This document shows positions 21,224 to 32,426 of a stretch of DNA of 64,000 nucleotides, one piece after another. Positions within the stretch are counted from its first letter, which is position 1. Each line of letters starts with the position of its first letter. A program made the position numbers and the translations under genes. Source of the DNA: Candidatus Latescibacterota bacterium (lineage in GTDB: Bacteria; Latescibacterota; UBA2968). The stretch is from the NCBI GenBank assembly GCA_965198115.1, contig OZ240241.1, positions 3,680,001-3,744,000 on the forward strand. The letters are read 5' to 3'. The notes under the pieces are model-generated. The model was given only the letters and a program-made list of their open reading frames with translations, searched no databases and had not been told where the DNA came from.

Positions 21224-23670
21224 TCAGGCCAAGCGACTAAGCCGGCTTCTGATGAAGGCCGTGATTTCGGCGAGTTCATCCTCCTCATAGTTCGACTCAA
21301 TGAGATCCCAACAGGAGAAGAATCCTAATCCAGAGGTCTGACGATAGAAATGCAGCCACGAATCACGGTCTGACGGCAAAGGGCCGTCGTAAGCATCGAA
21401 GAAAGCATTGGTGCAAGGGGTGAGGAGATCCTCCCGACCGAACCCAAGATCGAACTCCTGATTTGAGAAATGGAAATAGAGTCGCGAGAGGTCCATAAAC
21501 ACATGCCCCGGGCGCATCCCACCGAGATCAAGGAGGCCGGTCACCCGATCCCCAGAGATCATAATGTTGGTGGCGGAAAAGTCACCGTGGACCAGACAGG
21601 GGGTGAGCTCGTCGCTCAGTTCTTGGATGGTCGTTCTCAACCACGCTTGTAGCTTGGAAGTAGAATCGGCGAAAGGAGTCTTGAGGCCCGATCTTGCCTC
21701 AGTCAGCCATCTCTGGAGCTCGTATTCTCGGGCTGACACGAAAAAGGGGTTCTCCGGTCCTTCGACGGATCGAACTTCACCATCCTCGTAGGTCAAGAAC
21801 CACCAAACAGCGAAAACTGAACGAGACTATGCAGCGTAGATACGATCTTACCGAGTTGCGAGTATACAGACACCGCTACATCGAGTGAAAGGTCACAACC
21901 AATATCTCTCAGATTCTGTCCAGGAATGCGACTCTTGACGAGGAATTCACCGTCCACCCCCGTCACCCGGAGTCCGGTATGTAGAATCCGGGGGAGGAGG
22001 ATTGTGGTCTTCTCAGACAAGATCCGAAGAGCAAGTTCCTCACGATCGACCGATCTCTTCTTTTTTATAGAGACGTGCTGAACGACAACCGCTTCGCCGT
22101 GCCTCGGTTCGATTAGGTATGTGGGTTTGTCAATCCCGCCAGGAGCTCAGGTCAATAGGTGTGTAAAAGAAATCAGGCGGCCATCTTCCCGGTTTCGACC
22201 TGCGGTCCGGTTGAGTGTTTCTGATCGTAGACTTGTTGTAGCAAGTGTGGCGCGGTGAGTTTCCTGAATCGGCTCTCTGCGACCTTGAGCGTACGCCAGA
22301 TGAGAGTCGTGGCGTTCCTGACTTTCTTGAATCGCCTGGCGGCGTTTGTGCGAAGCCGAACGGAAGCAAAGGGGCTCTCGACGACGTTCGTGGTTCTCAG
22401 GTGTTTCCAGTGTTCCTTCGGGAAGTCGTAGAACGTGACCATCCGATCCCAGTCTCTTTCGAGCGTCTCCACGGCGGCAGGGAACTGTGAGCGATACCGT
22501 GCGGCAAAGCGTTTCCGGAGCTTCTCGGCCTCCTTTTTCGTGCCGGCATAGGGGATCTGGACGAGCAGTGCGCGGGCTTCAGCCTGTGCACGCTTGGCGA
22601 CCTTGTCGAGCACGTTGAGGATCTTGTGGTTCCAGCACCGTTGTTGCCGGCTCTCTGGCCAGACCTGATCAACGGCCGCCCAGATGCCCATATTCCCGTC
22701 CGCGGCGATCAGGACAGGATGTTCGAGCCCGCGATCCCGGAGATCCCGGAGCACCGTGAGCCAGGATTCTGTAGACTCTCGATAACCGGGTTCTATCGCC
22801 AGGATCTCCTTGCTGCCGTCGCTCATCGCGCCGATCACGACCAGCAGACACGCCTTCTCGCGCTCGAGCCCGGCTTTGACGTAGATGCCATCAGCCCAGG
22901 CGTAGACCAGTTCGCGATTATCCAGACGCCTTTCTTTCCAGTCCTGGAAGTCGACCTCCCACTTCCCTCGAAGACGAGCGATCGAGGTCGGCGAAAGCGG
23001 CGCGCCATCACCGAGCAGCGCACGCAAAGACAACTCGAAGTCGCCCTGGGAGAGACCGTGGAGATAAAGGTCGGGAAGCAGATCTCCAATGGCCCTGGTT
23101 CTCCGGGCGAACAGGGGGAGGATGCGGCTTTCAAACCGCTCTTCCAGACCACGAACCCGGGGACGCCGGACCTTGATCGTTCCGCAGCTCGTCGAGAGAC
23201 GCCGGGGCTTGCCGTAGCCGTTCCTGTAGCCCCTGGAGCGAACTTGGGAGTACTGTCTACTCGATCTTTCCTGCTTGCCCCCAGGTGTCCACACCGGACG
23301 AGCCTGCGCCGTGGGAAGGGCTATCGACCTCGGCTCGGCGCTCATACCACGACCGGCCCAAGAACGCGGTCGCCTCCTCCTCCAGAATGGACTGGAACCG
23401 GCCCTGGATCTCTTCACGGATCCAATCGTCAACCGTCTCCCACGTCGGCATGGACTTCAATGGGGCTCTATGCGTATGTTCCTTCACGGCGATCCTCCTT
23501 CCCAACCGGGCCTCTCACCCGGTTTTGTGTGAATCAACTATCTCACGGGAAGGGTAGGGTCGCCCTTTCTCTTTTTCCACACCTTTTGATTATAGCTCCC
23601 CGCCAGTCATTTGTTGCACAGACGAGATGTCACATTGGAGAACTTGCTCGAAAACCTGTTGTGAGAATCC
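21224..23670 (-). pseudogene. Aminoglycoside phosphotransferase/kinase-like cassette gene, split by IS256 and frameshifted near 21795
   Basis: LVHGDFSATNIM and LLDLG motifs. The frame QQMTGGIDKPTYLIE...DREELALRIL is continuous across the IS once it is removed. Confidence 0.7.
22143..23598 (-). mobile_element. IS256-family element, copy A1 (carries an 82-bp insertion)
   Basis: IRs GAGCTataaTCAAaAGGTGTG / GAGCTcaggTCAAtAGGTGTG; 8-bp target duplication CCCGCCAG; RTTNVVES transposase motif. Confidence 0.92.
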
Positions 23671-23754
23671 GTTCAACTGTCTCTCACACTGGACTCTGGC
23701 GGCGCAGGGCACGCGCAACCGACCGGGACTGTGATGGCGGCTGCGGTGTTAGGC
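23671..23754 (-). repeat. attC-like site
   Basis: Minus strand GCCTAAC...tcaca...tgtga-gagaca-GTTGAAC; lies between the methyltransferase stop and the APH gene start. The stem is weak. Confidence 0.55.
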
Positions 23755-23825
23755 GTAGGCGGCTCCTTTCGGGCAAAGCCAATTGAGGAGAGTAATCGTC
23801 GCACGGTAGAACCAACTGGTGGGTC

Positions 23826-24614
23826 TCAGACCCTCTGGAGTATCAAGTAGATGTTCCCGAGTTCCCCGGACAGGTTCTCCCTGTCTTTCAATTCTTCGAA
23901 ATCCTCGCCGTATATCGCCACAATCTCAAACTGGCCAGATCGTTCAACCAAACTCTCGAGATCATCAAAAAGCCACATCCTTAAGGTGTGGCGGTCTTCA
24001 AGGTGTTCTAGCCTATCGTCTTGTTCGACTTGAAAGGAGCAAATCTCGTGGCTGAGCTTGGATTCCCTGTCTTCGGTGATGATTTCCCAGGAGGTTTTCA
24101 CGCGGATTCCGTCACGTACCATCGTCCAGCGGTCGTCGGGATCTCCGATGCCTTGAAGTTCGCCATCCTGAGCAAGATTCAGATGGACGATGTAGACACC
24201 GTTCTCTCGAAGGGAGGAACCCGTAGCTTTCAGGTGGGCGATCACATCGGCATCGGAAAGCAGATAACGAAAGCTGTTGATCGAATTATAAGCTGCATCG
24301 AATTCACCATGGATCTCAGACGAAACCATGTCGGCCAGTAGAATCTTAGCATCTTTCAGGCAGCCGGCGTCCGAGACAGATTGCTCCGCGTATTGGACCA
24401 TAGCAGGGCTTATGTCATAGCCTGTCACTCGAAACCCGTGTTTAGGAAGCACCCTCAGAAAGCGACCTGAGCCGCAGGCCGGTTCCAGCAAACGTGTCAC
24501 CGTAAACGGTACGTGTGTTTCGAATACCCTCTTGAAGAAGGCAACTTCGCGTGAAAGGTCCCAAGAGAACGCGATGTCGTAGATCTCAGGATGATCGTAG
24601 AGTTTGAAGCTCAC
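23826..24614 (-). CDS. Class I SAM-dependent methyltransferase (cassette)
   Basis: LLEPACGSGR, GYDISPAM, FDAAYN. Confidence 0.88.
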   Translation of the reverse strand: MSFKLYDHPEIYDIAFSWDLSREVAFFKRVFETHVPFTVTRLLEPACGSGRFLRVLPKHGFRVTGYDISPAMVQYAEQSVSDAGCLKDAKILLADMVSSEIHGEFDAAYNSINSFRYLLSDADVIAHLKATGSSLRENGVYIVHLNLAQDGELQGIGDPDDRWTMVRDGIRVKTSWEIITEDRESKLSHEICSFQVEQDDRLEHLEDRHTLRMWLFDDLESLVERSGQFEIVAIYGEDFEELKDRENLSGELGNIYLILQRV

Positions 24615-24649
24615 GTGTTTTCGTGCCCCTCAGTTTCTTAGCCGCTTAC

Positions 24650-24739
24650 GCCTAACGGTTTCACAATTCACGACGCCGCGAATGGGGGGTGCCGAAGGCC
24701 AAGCGCCGCAAGGCGCGCAACGGGAATTGCTGGTTAGAA
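24650..24739 (-). repeat. attC-like recombination site
   Basis: Minus strand TTCTAAC-cagcaattc...gaattgtgaaacc-GTTAGGC; the next gene starts 36 bp later. Confidence 0.8.
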
Positions 24740-24784
24740 GACGGGATACTGCAACTTGTGCAAAAACTCGTCTCAGAGCAGAAA

Positions 24785-25780
24785 CTACCTTTGAGGGATC
24801 TTCACCTGGGAAAATTGAAAGTTCGGTCCTTTGGTATAAGTGGCCCCAAGACCCAGCCCCCAGTCATACGGCCCGGGGCCGGCTTGCTCTTCAGCCCACG
24901 CCTTCAGCGGAACACTATCCCATTCGTCCGTAAACCAGTATTGCGACGACGGATTGCCGATCGGGTCTTTGCCGAGCCGATCTGAACCATCGCCCGTGGC
25001 CCCCAGTAGCTGCCGTCGGATAGGCGCACTGCGGGCAATCACCTCTGGATCCTGTTCTATATAACCGCTCGGTCGTATCCATCTGGGCGCATAGCTGATA
25101 TAGAGGGCCTTGCGGAAGTTTGTGGAAAGGTTGGGGGTCACACTGTGCAAGATCGTGGGCCGCCATAGCATGGCGCTGCCGGCCGGTACGCGCAATGCGA
25201 AGATGTCCTCCGGATCGAGCCAGGACTCCCAGGTAGCCCGTTGCTCTCGGGTCCACTGGTAGCTACCGGGCACCATAAGGATGGTGCTGTGACCAGGCTC
25301 GGTATGATCCGAAACGTACCAGCCGACCTTAAAGTCCAGGAGGGGCATGCGGCCATCTATCGTCGTGCCAGCGAATTCTTCTTCATAATCGAAATGCCAT
25401 CCCAGCGATAATACGTCGGGATCGGTGTCGCCAGGCTGCGGCGCTTTATAGTCAAAAACGCTATCGCGATTTTGAATATTCCAGCCCATGGCATCGACGA
25501 CCAAGGGCAGGATGCGGGGATGATCGAGCAAGTCCATTATGACCTCATGACGTGCCACCGCATTGCGGACGACGACGCTGTCATTGGGACCCAAGCCACG
25601 TACTTTCCGAAGCTGCTCCGCCACCTCGTCCATACCTGCCCACAAGCGTTCTAGCTCGGATGGGTTCAATACACGCTCTAATACCGTGAACCCCTGTCCG
25701 TTGAGTTCATCTTTCTGTTGATCGGTCATAGCTATTGTCATCTGATTTCCCTCTACTTTTGTCGCAAATGCATCCTGCAA
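24785..25780 (-). CDS. Phytanoyl-CoA dioxygenase (PhyH)-family Fe/2OG enzyme (cassette)
   Basis: NGQGFTVLERVL, WHFD (HxD), VPGSY, ILHSVTPN, RKALY. Confidence 0.87.
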   Translation of the reverse strand: MQDAFATKVEGNQMTIAMTDQQKDELNGQGFTVLERVLNPSELERLWAGMDEVAEQLRKVRGLGPNDSVVVRNAVARHEVIMDLLDHPRILPLVVDAMGWNIQNRDSVFDYKAPQPGDTDPDVLSLGWHFDYEEEFAGTTIDGRMPLLDFKVGWYVSDHTEPGHSTILMVPGSYQWTREQRATWESWLDPEDIFALRVPAGSAMLWRPTILHSVTPNLSTNFRKALYISYAPRWIRPSGYIEQDPEVIARSAPIRRQLLGATGDGSDRLGKDPIGNPSSQYWFTDEWDSVPLKAWAEEQAGPGPYDWGLGLGATYTKGPNFQFSQVKIPQR

Positions 25781-25792
25781 AATACTCCTGTT

Positions 25793-25925
25793 GTCTAACG
25801 TTTCAGCAATCGCGAAGCCGGCCCTTCGGCAGGCTCCCTTCGACTTCGCCCCTCGACTCCGCTCGGGACAGGCTCAGGACAGCAGGACAGGCTCTCGCCG
25901 GTTTGGGTGGCTGGGTTCTTGGGCA
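25793..25925 (-). repeat. attC-like site containing nested REP-like palindromes
   Basis: R' GTTAGAC sits just upstream of the PhyH RBS; arms cagcaatcgcgaagccgg / ccggtttgggtggctg; R'' degenerate. Confidence 0.6.
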
Positions 25926-26062
25926 GGGGGGCGCGTCCGCGGTGTTAAGTGTCCGTGCCGGTGCCAGTGGTTGAGGACGCGAGTATAGAAGCATCGTCGT
26001 CTTGAGGTCTTGGTGACCAAGGCGTTCCTGAATGGTCCGGATGTCGTTAAGCTGTCTGCAGA

Positions 26063-26857
26063 CTAGCGCTCCACGATGTGGGCAAACAGCGGCCTGACCT
26101 TCTCGGGTAGCGCGGCGTACGTCTCGGCCGTAATCAGCTGCACGTCTTCAGGCCGGGTCCCGGTCTCTTCGGCCACGCGTTCGTACTCGATTGTGCCAGG
26201 GATCAGGTGATTCAGGTTAAGCCACCAGGGCGCATACCGGACCACAACCGCGACCCGGGTGCGATCGCTGACGTTGGCGGCCGTGGCGTGCCACATCCGG
26301 CTATCGAGGATCAGCACGTTCCCGGCTTCGCCCGTGGCCTGCATCTCGGTCGGATATGGAGCGTGAGCGTCGACGCCGATGTTTCCGGAGGGATTGCCGG
26401 GTGCTCTATGGCTCCCGGGAACCAGAAGCGTACCGCCTGTTTCCTTGGTGAAGGTCGTCAGCATCCATATCGTCGTCAGGTGCATGACGGCGTCGGCGTA
26501 GGGCGCCGGAATATGTCGGGACTGCTTCTGGCCGAACGGCCAGTCTGAGTGCCAGTTGTCCCGTTCCTGCCCCGGCGTGGTGACCAGTCCCGTGGTAAAC
26601 GATACCCGTGCGTACGGGCCGAAGAATGCCTCCACGATGCCCAGCACACGGTCGTCCGCCAGATAGGGCGCCAGGGATTGGTTGTAGGTGATAAGGCCCC
26701 TAAGGGCGTGTCGAGCGCCCTCTTTACCCCTGGCGTCGGACCTCGCGGTTTCAACGATGCTCTGGCAGACTGCGTCTACCTCGTTCTCCGGTATGACGCC
26801 GGGAACAACGCACCATCCGTCCATCTTGATGCGCCGCACCGCTTCTTCTTTTGACAA
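26063..26857 (-). CDS. PhyH-family Fe/2OG dioxygenase (cassette)
   Basis: DGWCVVPGVI, WHSD, GGTLLVPGSH, MWHATAAN; GAGGAGG RBS. Confidence 0.88.
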   Translation of the reverse strand: MSKEEAVRRIKMDGWCVVPGVIPENEVDAVCQSIVETARSDARGKEGARHALRGLITYNQSLAPYLADDRVLGIVEAFFGPYARVSFTTGLVTTPGQERDNWHSDWPFGQKQSRHIPAPYADAVMHLTTIWMLTTFTKETGGTLLVPGSHRAPGNPSGNIGVDAHAPYPTEMQATGEAGNVLILDSRMWHATAANVSDRTRVAVVVRYAPWWLNLNHLIPGTIEYERVAEETGTRPEDVQLITAETYAALPEKVRPLFAHIVER

Positions 26858-26888
26858 GCCAACCTCCTCGCCATCACTATTGTAAGAG

Positions 26889-26951
26889 CGGCAACGTCAC
26901 TCCTATCGAACGCGTGGCATGTTCTGACACGCCGATGACGGGTCGTTTGCG
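26889..26951 (-). repeat. Short attC-like site
   Basis: Minus strand CGCAAAC-gacccgtcatcggcgtg...cacgcgttcgataggagtgac-GTTGCCG (63 bp); lies just before the PhyH start. Confidence 0.6.
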
Positions 26952-27113
26952 GACTACTAAAGGCAACCACCAAGACACGAAGACACGAAGAAAGGCAACC
27001 GAGACAGCACGTTCCCACACGCCTCGAGCCCGAGAAGATGGCCGTCATGCGGCCCGACGCCGTCACCCTCGGAGACGTCTACCTGATGGTATCCCACGGG
27101 CGACAAACAACTC

Positions 27114-27260
27114 TTATGCTGGTGGCGCCACCGAGAGCTTTCCTTGAACGCCGAACTGTTCGATAAAGCTTGCGACTAAGCCGTTGGCCTTTGACGCTTC
27201 AACAAAGGCTTTGAGCCAGGCATAGGCTGCCTCATTGCCATGAGAACGCCGTTCATACAT
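27114..27260 (-). pseudogene. Probable C-terminal fragment of an ABC substrate-binding protein
   Basis: Hand translation ...GNEAAYAWLKAFVEASKANGLVASFIEQFGVQGKLSVAPPA*. Confidence 0.4.
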
Positions 27261-27371
27261 CCGTCCTTTCGTTACGCGGTCTATATTACGGACTAATTAG
27301 GTTCTTCCACGGGAAAATGGTGGCGCCCCACGACGCTCGGGCACGTGGATCAGTTGGTGGAGAGTCCCTCT

Positions 27372-29647
27372 ATGTCAGATCAGAAAGGCCTGCGAATCGC
27401 GGTGAGGAAGTTGGATGCGTTCGGGTGTTGTGCCTATCGTAGTTGAAACTTAGAGGGCTCCAAACTTACGTTGGGTAGACGTGTAGGAGCGTATACCCGT
27501 AAGAAAGGAGCCCAGATGGAGAAGCTATTTGTAGGCGATGGTGAAGTCAAGGTTGAGGGCGATGTCATCGATTTGGAGACGCGTTTGTCGGTGATCCAGG
27601 CGTTGATCCCGTTGGGTCTGGAGGCAGTGGCAGACCTCCTCCAGCAGGAGGTCGAGCAGCTCGCAGGCGTTCGGTATGCGCGCAAAGGTTCGGAGCAGGC
27701 GCATCGTCGGTGGGGAAGCCAGAAGGGATCCGTGTATCTGATGGACCAGAAGCTCCCGTTAGACGTTCCCCGGGTGCGCGACGTCGAGGCCGACGCAGAG
27801 GTTTCCCTGGCTGCATACCGGGCTCTACAGACGCCCAAGAAGACGGACGAGGGGCTGTTGCTTCGTGTTCTCAAGGGGATCTCGTGCCGCAACTACAAGG
27901 CCTGTGCCGAATCGGTTCCAGAAGCGTTTGGTATCTCAGCGTCCTCCGTCTCGCGGCGGTTCATCAAAGCCACCGCGAAGAAGCGGAAGCAGTTCCAGGA
28001 GCGTCCCCTCGACGACTACGGCTTCGTGACCCTGTTCATTGACGGAAAGAGCTTTGCCGACAAAGAGATCGTGATCGCTCCGGGGGTCACGATGGACGGC
28101 CAGAAGATCCCCCTGGGCTTCGTCGAATCGGCGACGGAGAACGAACGGATCTGCCGCCAGCTGATCCAGGACCTCATCCGGAGAGGCCTGTGCTACGACC
28201 AGGGCCTTCTCGTTGTGCTTGACGGCTCAAAGGGACTCCGCAGTGCTGTCACCAAAGCCCTCAAAGGGTATGTGCGCGTGCATCGCTGTCAGTGGCACAA
28301 GCGCGAGAATGTCGTCAGCTATCTCCCGGAGAGGGAACGTCCAAGAGTTCGACGGAAGCTCCAGAAAGCCTATGACTGCGACACCTACGAGGAGGCAAAA
28401 GCCGCACTCGAATCACTTAAACCCGAACTGAAGCTGATGAATCAGTCTGCCGTAACGAGCCTCGAGGAAGGCCTGGAGGAAACCCTGACCCTCCACCGGC
28501 TGGGTATGCTCCCATTCCTGAAACGAAGCTTCCGAACCACCAACTGCATCGAAGCCCTCAACAGCAGGACCGGCGAGCTCACTCGGAAGGTCAGACGCTG
28601 GAACAACTCTCCCCAGAGACACAGATGGGTGGCTGCCGCACTCCTCGACATCGAACCTCGCCTGCGACGCGTGAGCGGATACAAACATCTTCCCCTACTC
28701 AGGCAAGCACTGAACAAAGATCTGAATCTCGACAACGAACAGAATGCTCAAAAGAGAGCCTGACCAAACTACGGGGCCCGATGAGTTTTCAACTGACTAT
28801 GGGACTTGACCTGCGTTCGAGCGGGCGATAGAAAGACAATGGACTGACTTTTGCAGATCGGAGCAAGATGATTGGACTCTGGAAATCGTGTCCCTCAATA
28901 TTCCCGACTTGCATACAGCGTTGTTTGAAAAAGGCGGACTCGAGCGAGGCGATTTCGACGTCGCTTTTGTCGTGACGGATTGGATCGCTGAAGCAGCTGC
29001 CGGGCATCACCTCGCGGATTTGCAGCCCTACTTGAAAGAGCTGCCACCGGAGGATTACCCCCACGGATGGGATCACTCTCTATTACGCTTCCAGACTTAT
29101 GGAAACGAAGTATATGGTCTTCCCTACCATAACGGACACAAATGCCTGATTTATCGAAAAGACCTTCTCGACGACCCAGGAGAACGGGCAAACTATGAGA
29201 GAAGATTCGGTAGTCGTCTTGCAGTACCGCAAACGTGGGATGAGTTTACACGGGTTGCCCGGTTCTTTAATCGCCCGAAAAGTGGAATGTCGGGTGTTGT
29301 CTTTGTCGCGCATGAGGATGGATACAATACTGTTTGCGACTTCTGTCTTCATTTGTGGTCACGAGGGGAGAGCTTGGTTACGCGAGTGGGAATCTTGTTC
29401 TGAACCATCCACTTGTGGAAGAAACGTTAGCATTCTACCGCAAGATTGTGAATGATCCCCAAATTGTCCCCGCGCATACGCGGATGTTTGACGCCGTAGA
29501 ATCGGGGATGGCTTTTGTTAGGGGCGAAGCGGCCATGATGATGAACTGGTTCAGCTGGGCAGCGCAGTGTGAACGTCTGTCCGAATCCAAAGTAAAAGGG
29601 AAGGTTGGGGTTGCTCATTTGCCGAATGAGAATGAGCAACCCGGGTT
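27372..29647 (+). pseudogene. Sugar ABC extracellular solute-binding protein, IS-interrupted, frameshifted and truncated
   Basis: MSDQKGLRIAVRKLDAF|ERAIERQW... is continuous across the IS; LIYRKDL, VPQTWDEF; frame change near 29370; cut by IS256 at 29648. Confidence 0.75.
27424..28811 (+). mobile_element. IS256-family element, type B (transposase ORF 27471-28763)
   Basis: IRs GGT...AGTTGAAA at both ends; 8-bp duplication TGCGTTCG; FIDGK, LDGSKGL, RCQWHK, RTTNCIE. Confidence 0.9.
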
Positions 29648-31001
29648 GAGCTATAATCAAAAGGTGTGGAAAAAGAGAAAGGGCGACCCTACCCTTCCCG
29701 TGAGATAGTTGATTCACACAAAACCGGGTGAGAGGCCCGGTTGGGAAGGAGGATCGCCGTGAAGGAACATACGCATAGAGCCCCATTGAAGTCCATGCCG
29801 ACGTGGGAGACGGTTGACGATTGGATCCGTGAAGAGATCCAGGGCCGGTTCCAGTCCATTCTGGAGGAGGAGGCGACCGCGTTCTTGGGCCGGTCGTGGT
29901 ATGAGCGCCGAGCCGAGGTCGATAGCTCCACGGGCTACAGGAACGGCTACGGCAAGCCCCGGCGTCTCTCGACGAGCTGCGGAACGATCAAGGTCCGGCG
30001 TCCCCGGGTTCGTGGTCTGGAAGAGCGGTTTGAAAGCCGCATCCTCCCCCTGTTCGCCCGGAGAACCAGGGCCATTGGAGATCTGCTTCCCGACCTTTAT
30101 CTCCACGGTCTCTCCCAGGGCGACTTCGAGTTGTCTTTGCGTGCGCTGCTCGGTGATGGCGCGCCGCTTTCGCCGACCTCGATCGCTCGTCTTCGAGGGA
30201 AGTGGGAGGTCGACTTCCAGGACTGGAAAGAAAGGCGTCTGGATAATCGCGAACTGGTCTACGCCTGGGCTGATGGCATCTACGTCAAAGCCGGGCTCGA
30301 GCGCGAGAAGGCGTGTCTGCTGGTCGTGATCGGCGCGATGAGCGACGGCAGCAAGGAGATCCTGGCGATAGAACCCGGTTATCGAGAGTCTACAGAATCC
30401 TGGCTCACGGTGCTACGGGATCTCCGGGATCGCGGGCTCGAACATCCTGTCCTGATCGCCGCGGACGGGAATATGGGCATCTGGGCGGCCGTTGATCAGG
30501 TCTGGCCAGAGAGCCGGCAACAACGGTGCTGGAACCACAAGATCCTCAACGTGCTCGACAAGGTCGCCAAGCGTGCACAGGCTGAAGCCCGCGCACTGCT
30601 CGTCCAGATCCCCTATGCCGGCACGAAAAAGGAGGCCGAGAAGCTCCGGAAACGCTTTGCCGCACGGTATCGCTCACAGTTCCCTGCCGCCGTGGAGACG
30701 CTCGAAAGAGACTGGGATCGGATGGTCACGTTCTACGACTTCCCGAAGGAACACTGGAAACACCTGAGAACCACGAACGTCGTCGAGAGCCCCTTTGCTT
30801 CCGTTCGGCTTCGCACAAACGCCGCCAGGCGATTCAAGAAAGTCAGGAACGCCACGGCTCTCATCTGGCGTACGCTCAAGGTCGCAGAGAGCCGATTCAG
30901 GAAACTCACCGCGCCACACTTGCTACAACAAGTCTACGATCAGAAACACTCAACCGAACCGCAGGTCGAAGCCGGGAAGATGGCCGCCTGATTTCTTTTA
31001 C
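29648..31001 (+). mobile_element. IS256-family copy A2 (intact transposase 29741-30991; right IR cut by ISL3)
   Basis: Near-identical to A1/A3/A4; the right IR stops at 31001, where ISL3 begins. Confidence 0.9.
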
Positions 31002-32421
31002 GGCTATATCCGGATCTCTCAACGAGCTGAAGTGGGTGAAGGTGCCGTGGTTCCTGGCATGGGGGCGCGGTTAGCGTGTGCGGAACCTCTTCGGAATCTG
31101 CTCAGGGATGTTTATGTCTCCGACGGTAAGGAAGATCATATCGTTGAATGCGTCGAGTGTGCGGAATCCGCTGGCTCGGTTCTTGACGATTTGGACGATT
31201 CGGTTGAGGCCTTCGGCGATGGCGTTGGTAAGACGCGTGTTCACGAATGCGAGGACGCCGAAGAAGTGCTGTCGCAGGGTCCTGACGAACTTTCGCAGGG
31301 GTTCACGTCGACTTCTGAGTGCGGACGTCGTCCAGCATTTCAGGAAGCGTTCGGCAGCCCAGGGCGCTTTGTATTCCCAGAACTGCTCGAACTCGTCCTT
31401 GAGTCTCCAGGCTCTATAGATTCGGTAGTTCGCCTTCTCCAGTGCTTTGAGTGTCCGAGTATCCCCTCTGGAGCGTGTCGCTGAGTGCCGGTAGAGGAGC
31501 CATCGGAGGCCCTTCATGGCTTTGCGCTCATCCGGGGCAGCTTTACGCCACTGGTCCTTACGGACCTCGTCAACGGCGGCATTGAGAGCCTTGACGATGT
31601 GAAAGCGATCGAGGACCAGCTTGGCATTCGGACAGTGTTCCTGGATGGCTCCGATGTAAGCTTCGCTCATGTCGCAGCAGGCCCACTCGATCTTGGATCT
31701 CTGGTAGGGACTGAGAGCCTCTGTGAAGAACCGATCGATCGTTTTACGCGCCCTGCCGCGGCCAACCCACACCACGCAGGAGCGGTCCAGATCGTAAACG
31801 AGCGTGGCGTACCTGTGACGCTTGGCGTAGGAGATCTCGTCGATCCCGATGGTTTTGAGCCCTCGGATACGATGACCTTCACGAAGCCGCGTGATGGATC
31901 GGTGAAGGAGATCCGACAGCGTCGAGGCAGAGATGCGCAGCAACTCGGACGCCGCCTTCTGCGTCATGGTCTGGCAGTAGCGCAGCATGGCATACTCGAA
32001 GCGATACGTCACCCGAGAGAACCGCTCCGCCCACGGAATCTCCTCGACCACACGACCGTGGGTAGGACACCGAATCTCCCGAGGATGGTAGAGAAGCCAG
32101 ACCCTCCACCCGCACACCGGAATGTCACGCCACCGACGCGGATGGGGCATTGTGCGGACGATTTTACCTCGACGGCCGAACTCCGGACAACAACAACCAT
32201 TCTTATGTGGCTTTACGGCGATGACGAAACAGCTTCTCCCCTCAAACCACCAGCTGACAACACGGAACCCCTTGAATCTCAGCAGTTTCGATAGTAATCT
32301 GCTCCCGGTCATAGGTCGCACCCCCTTCGCTTTGATTGTCCTACACACACAACCAAGCGTAGGGAACGATCTATGACCTTGTCATTCTATAGTTTCACCG
32401 TTGAGAAACCCGGATAGAGCC
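31002..32421 (-). mobile_element. ISL3-family element (transposase 31071-32348)
   Basis: IRs GGCTaTATCCGG / GGCTcTATCCGG; IGIDEIS, CDMS, DRFHIV, TNAIAEGLN. Confidence 0.9.
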
Positions 32422-32426
32422 TCTTT

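Noticed and set aside
21224-21796. Functional antibiotic resistance cassette
   Set aside because: The APH-like fold is generic, and the gene is both IS-split and frameshifted.
26966-26992. Short CAAGACACGAAGACACGAAG-type repeats (similar at about 26000, 36862 and 43067)
   Set aside because: Too short and variable to assign, and no associated gene was identified.
27312-27332. GGGGCGCCACCA-TTTT on the minus strand, resembling a tRNA 3' end or att scar
   Set aside because: Only about 12 bp, no T-arm, and it does not match the tRNA-Cys in this window.
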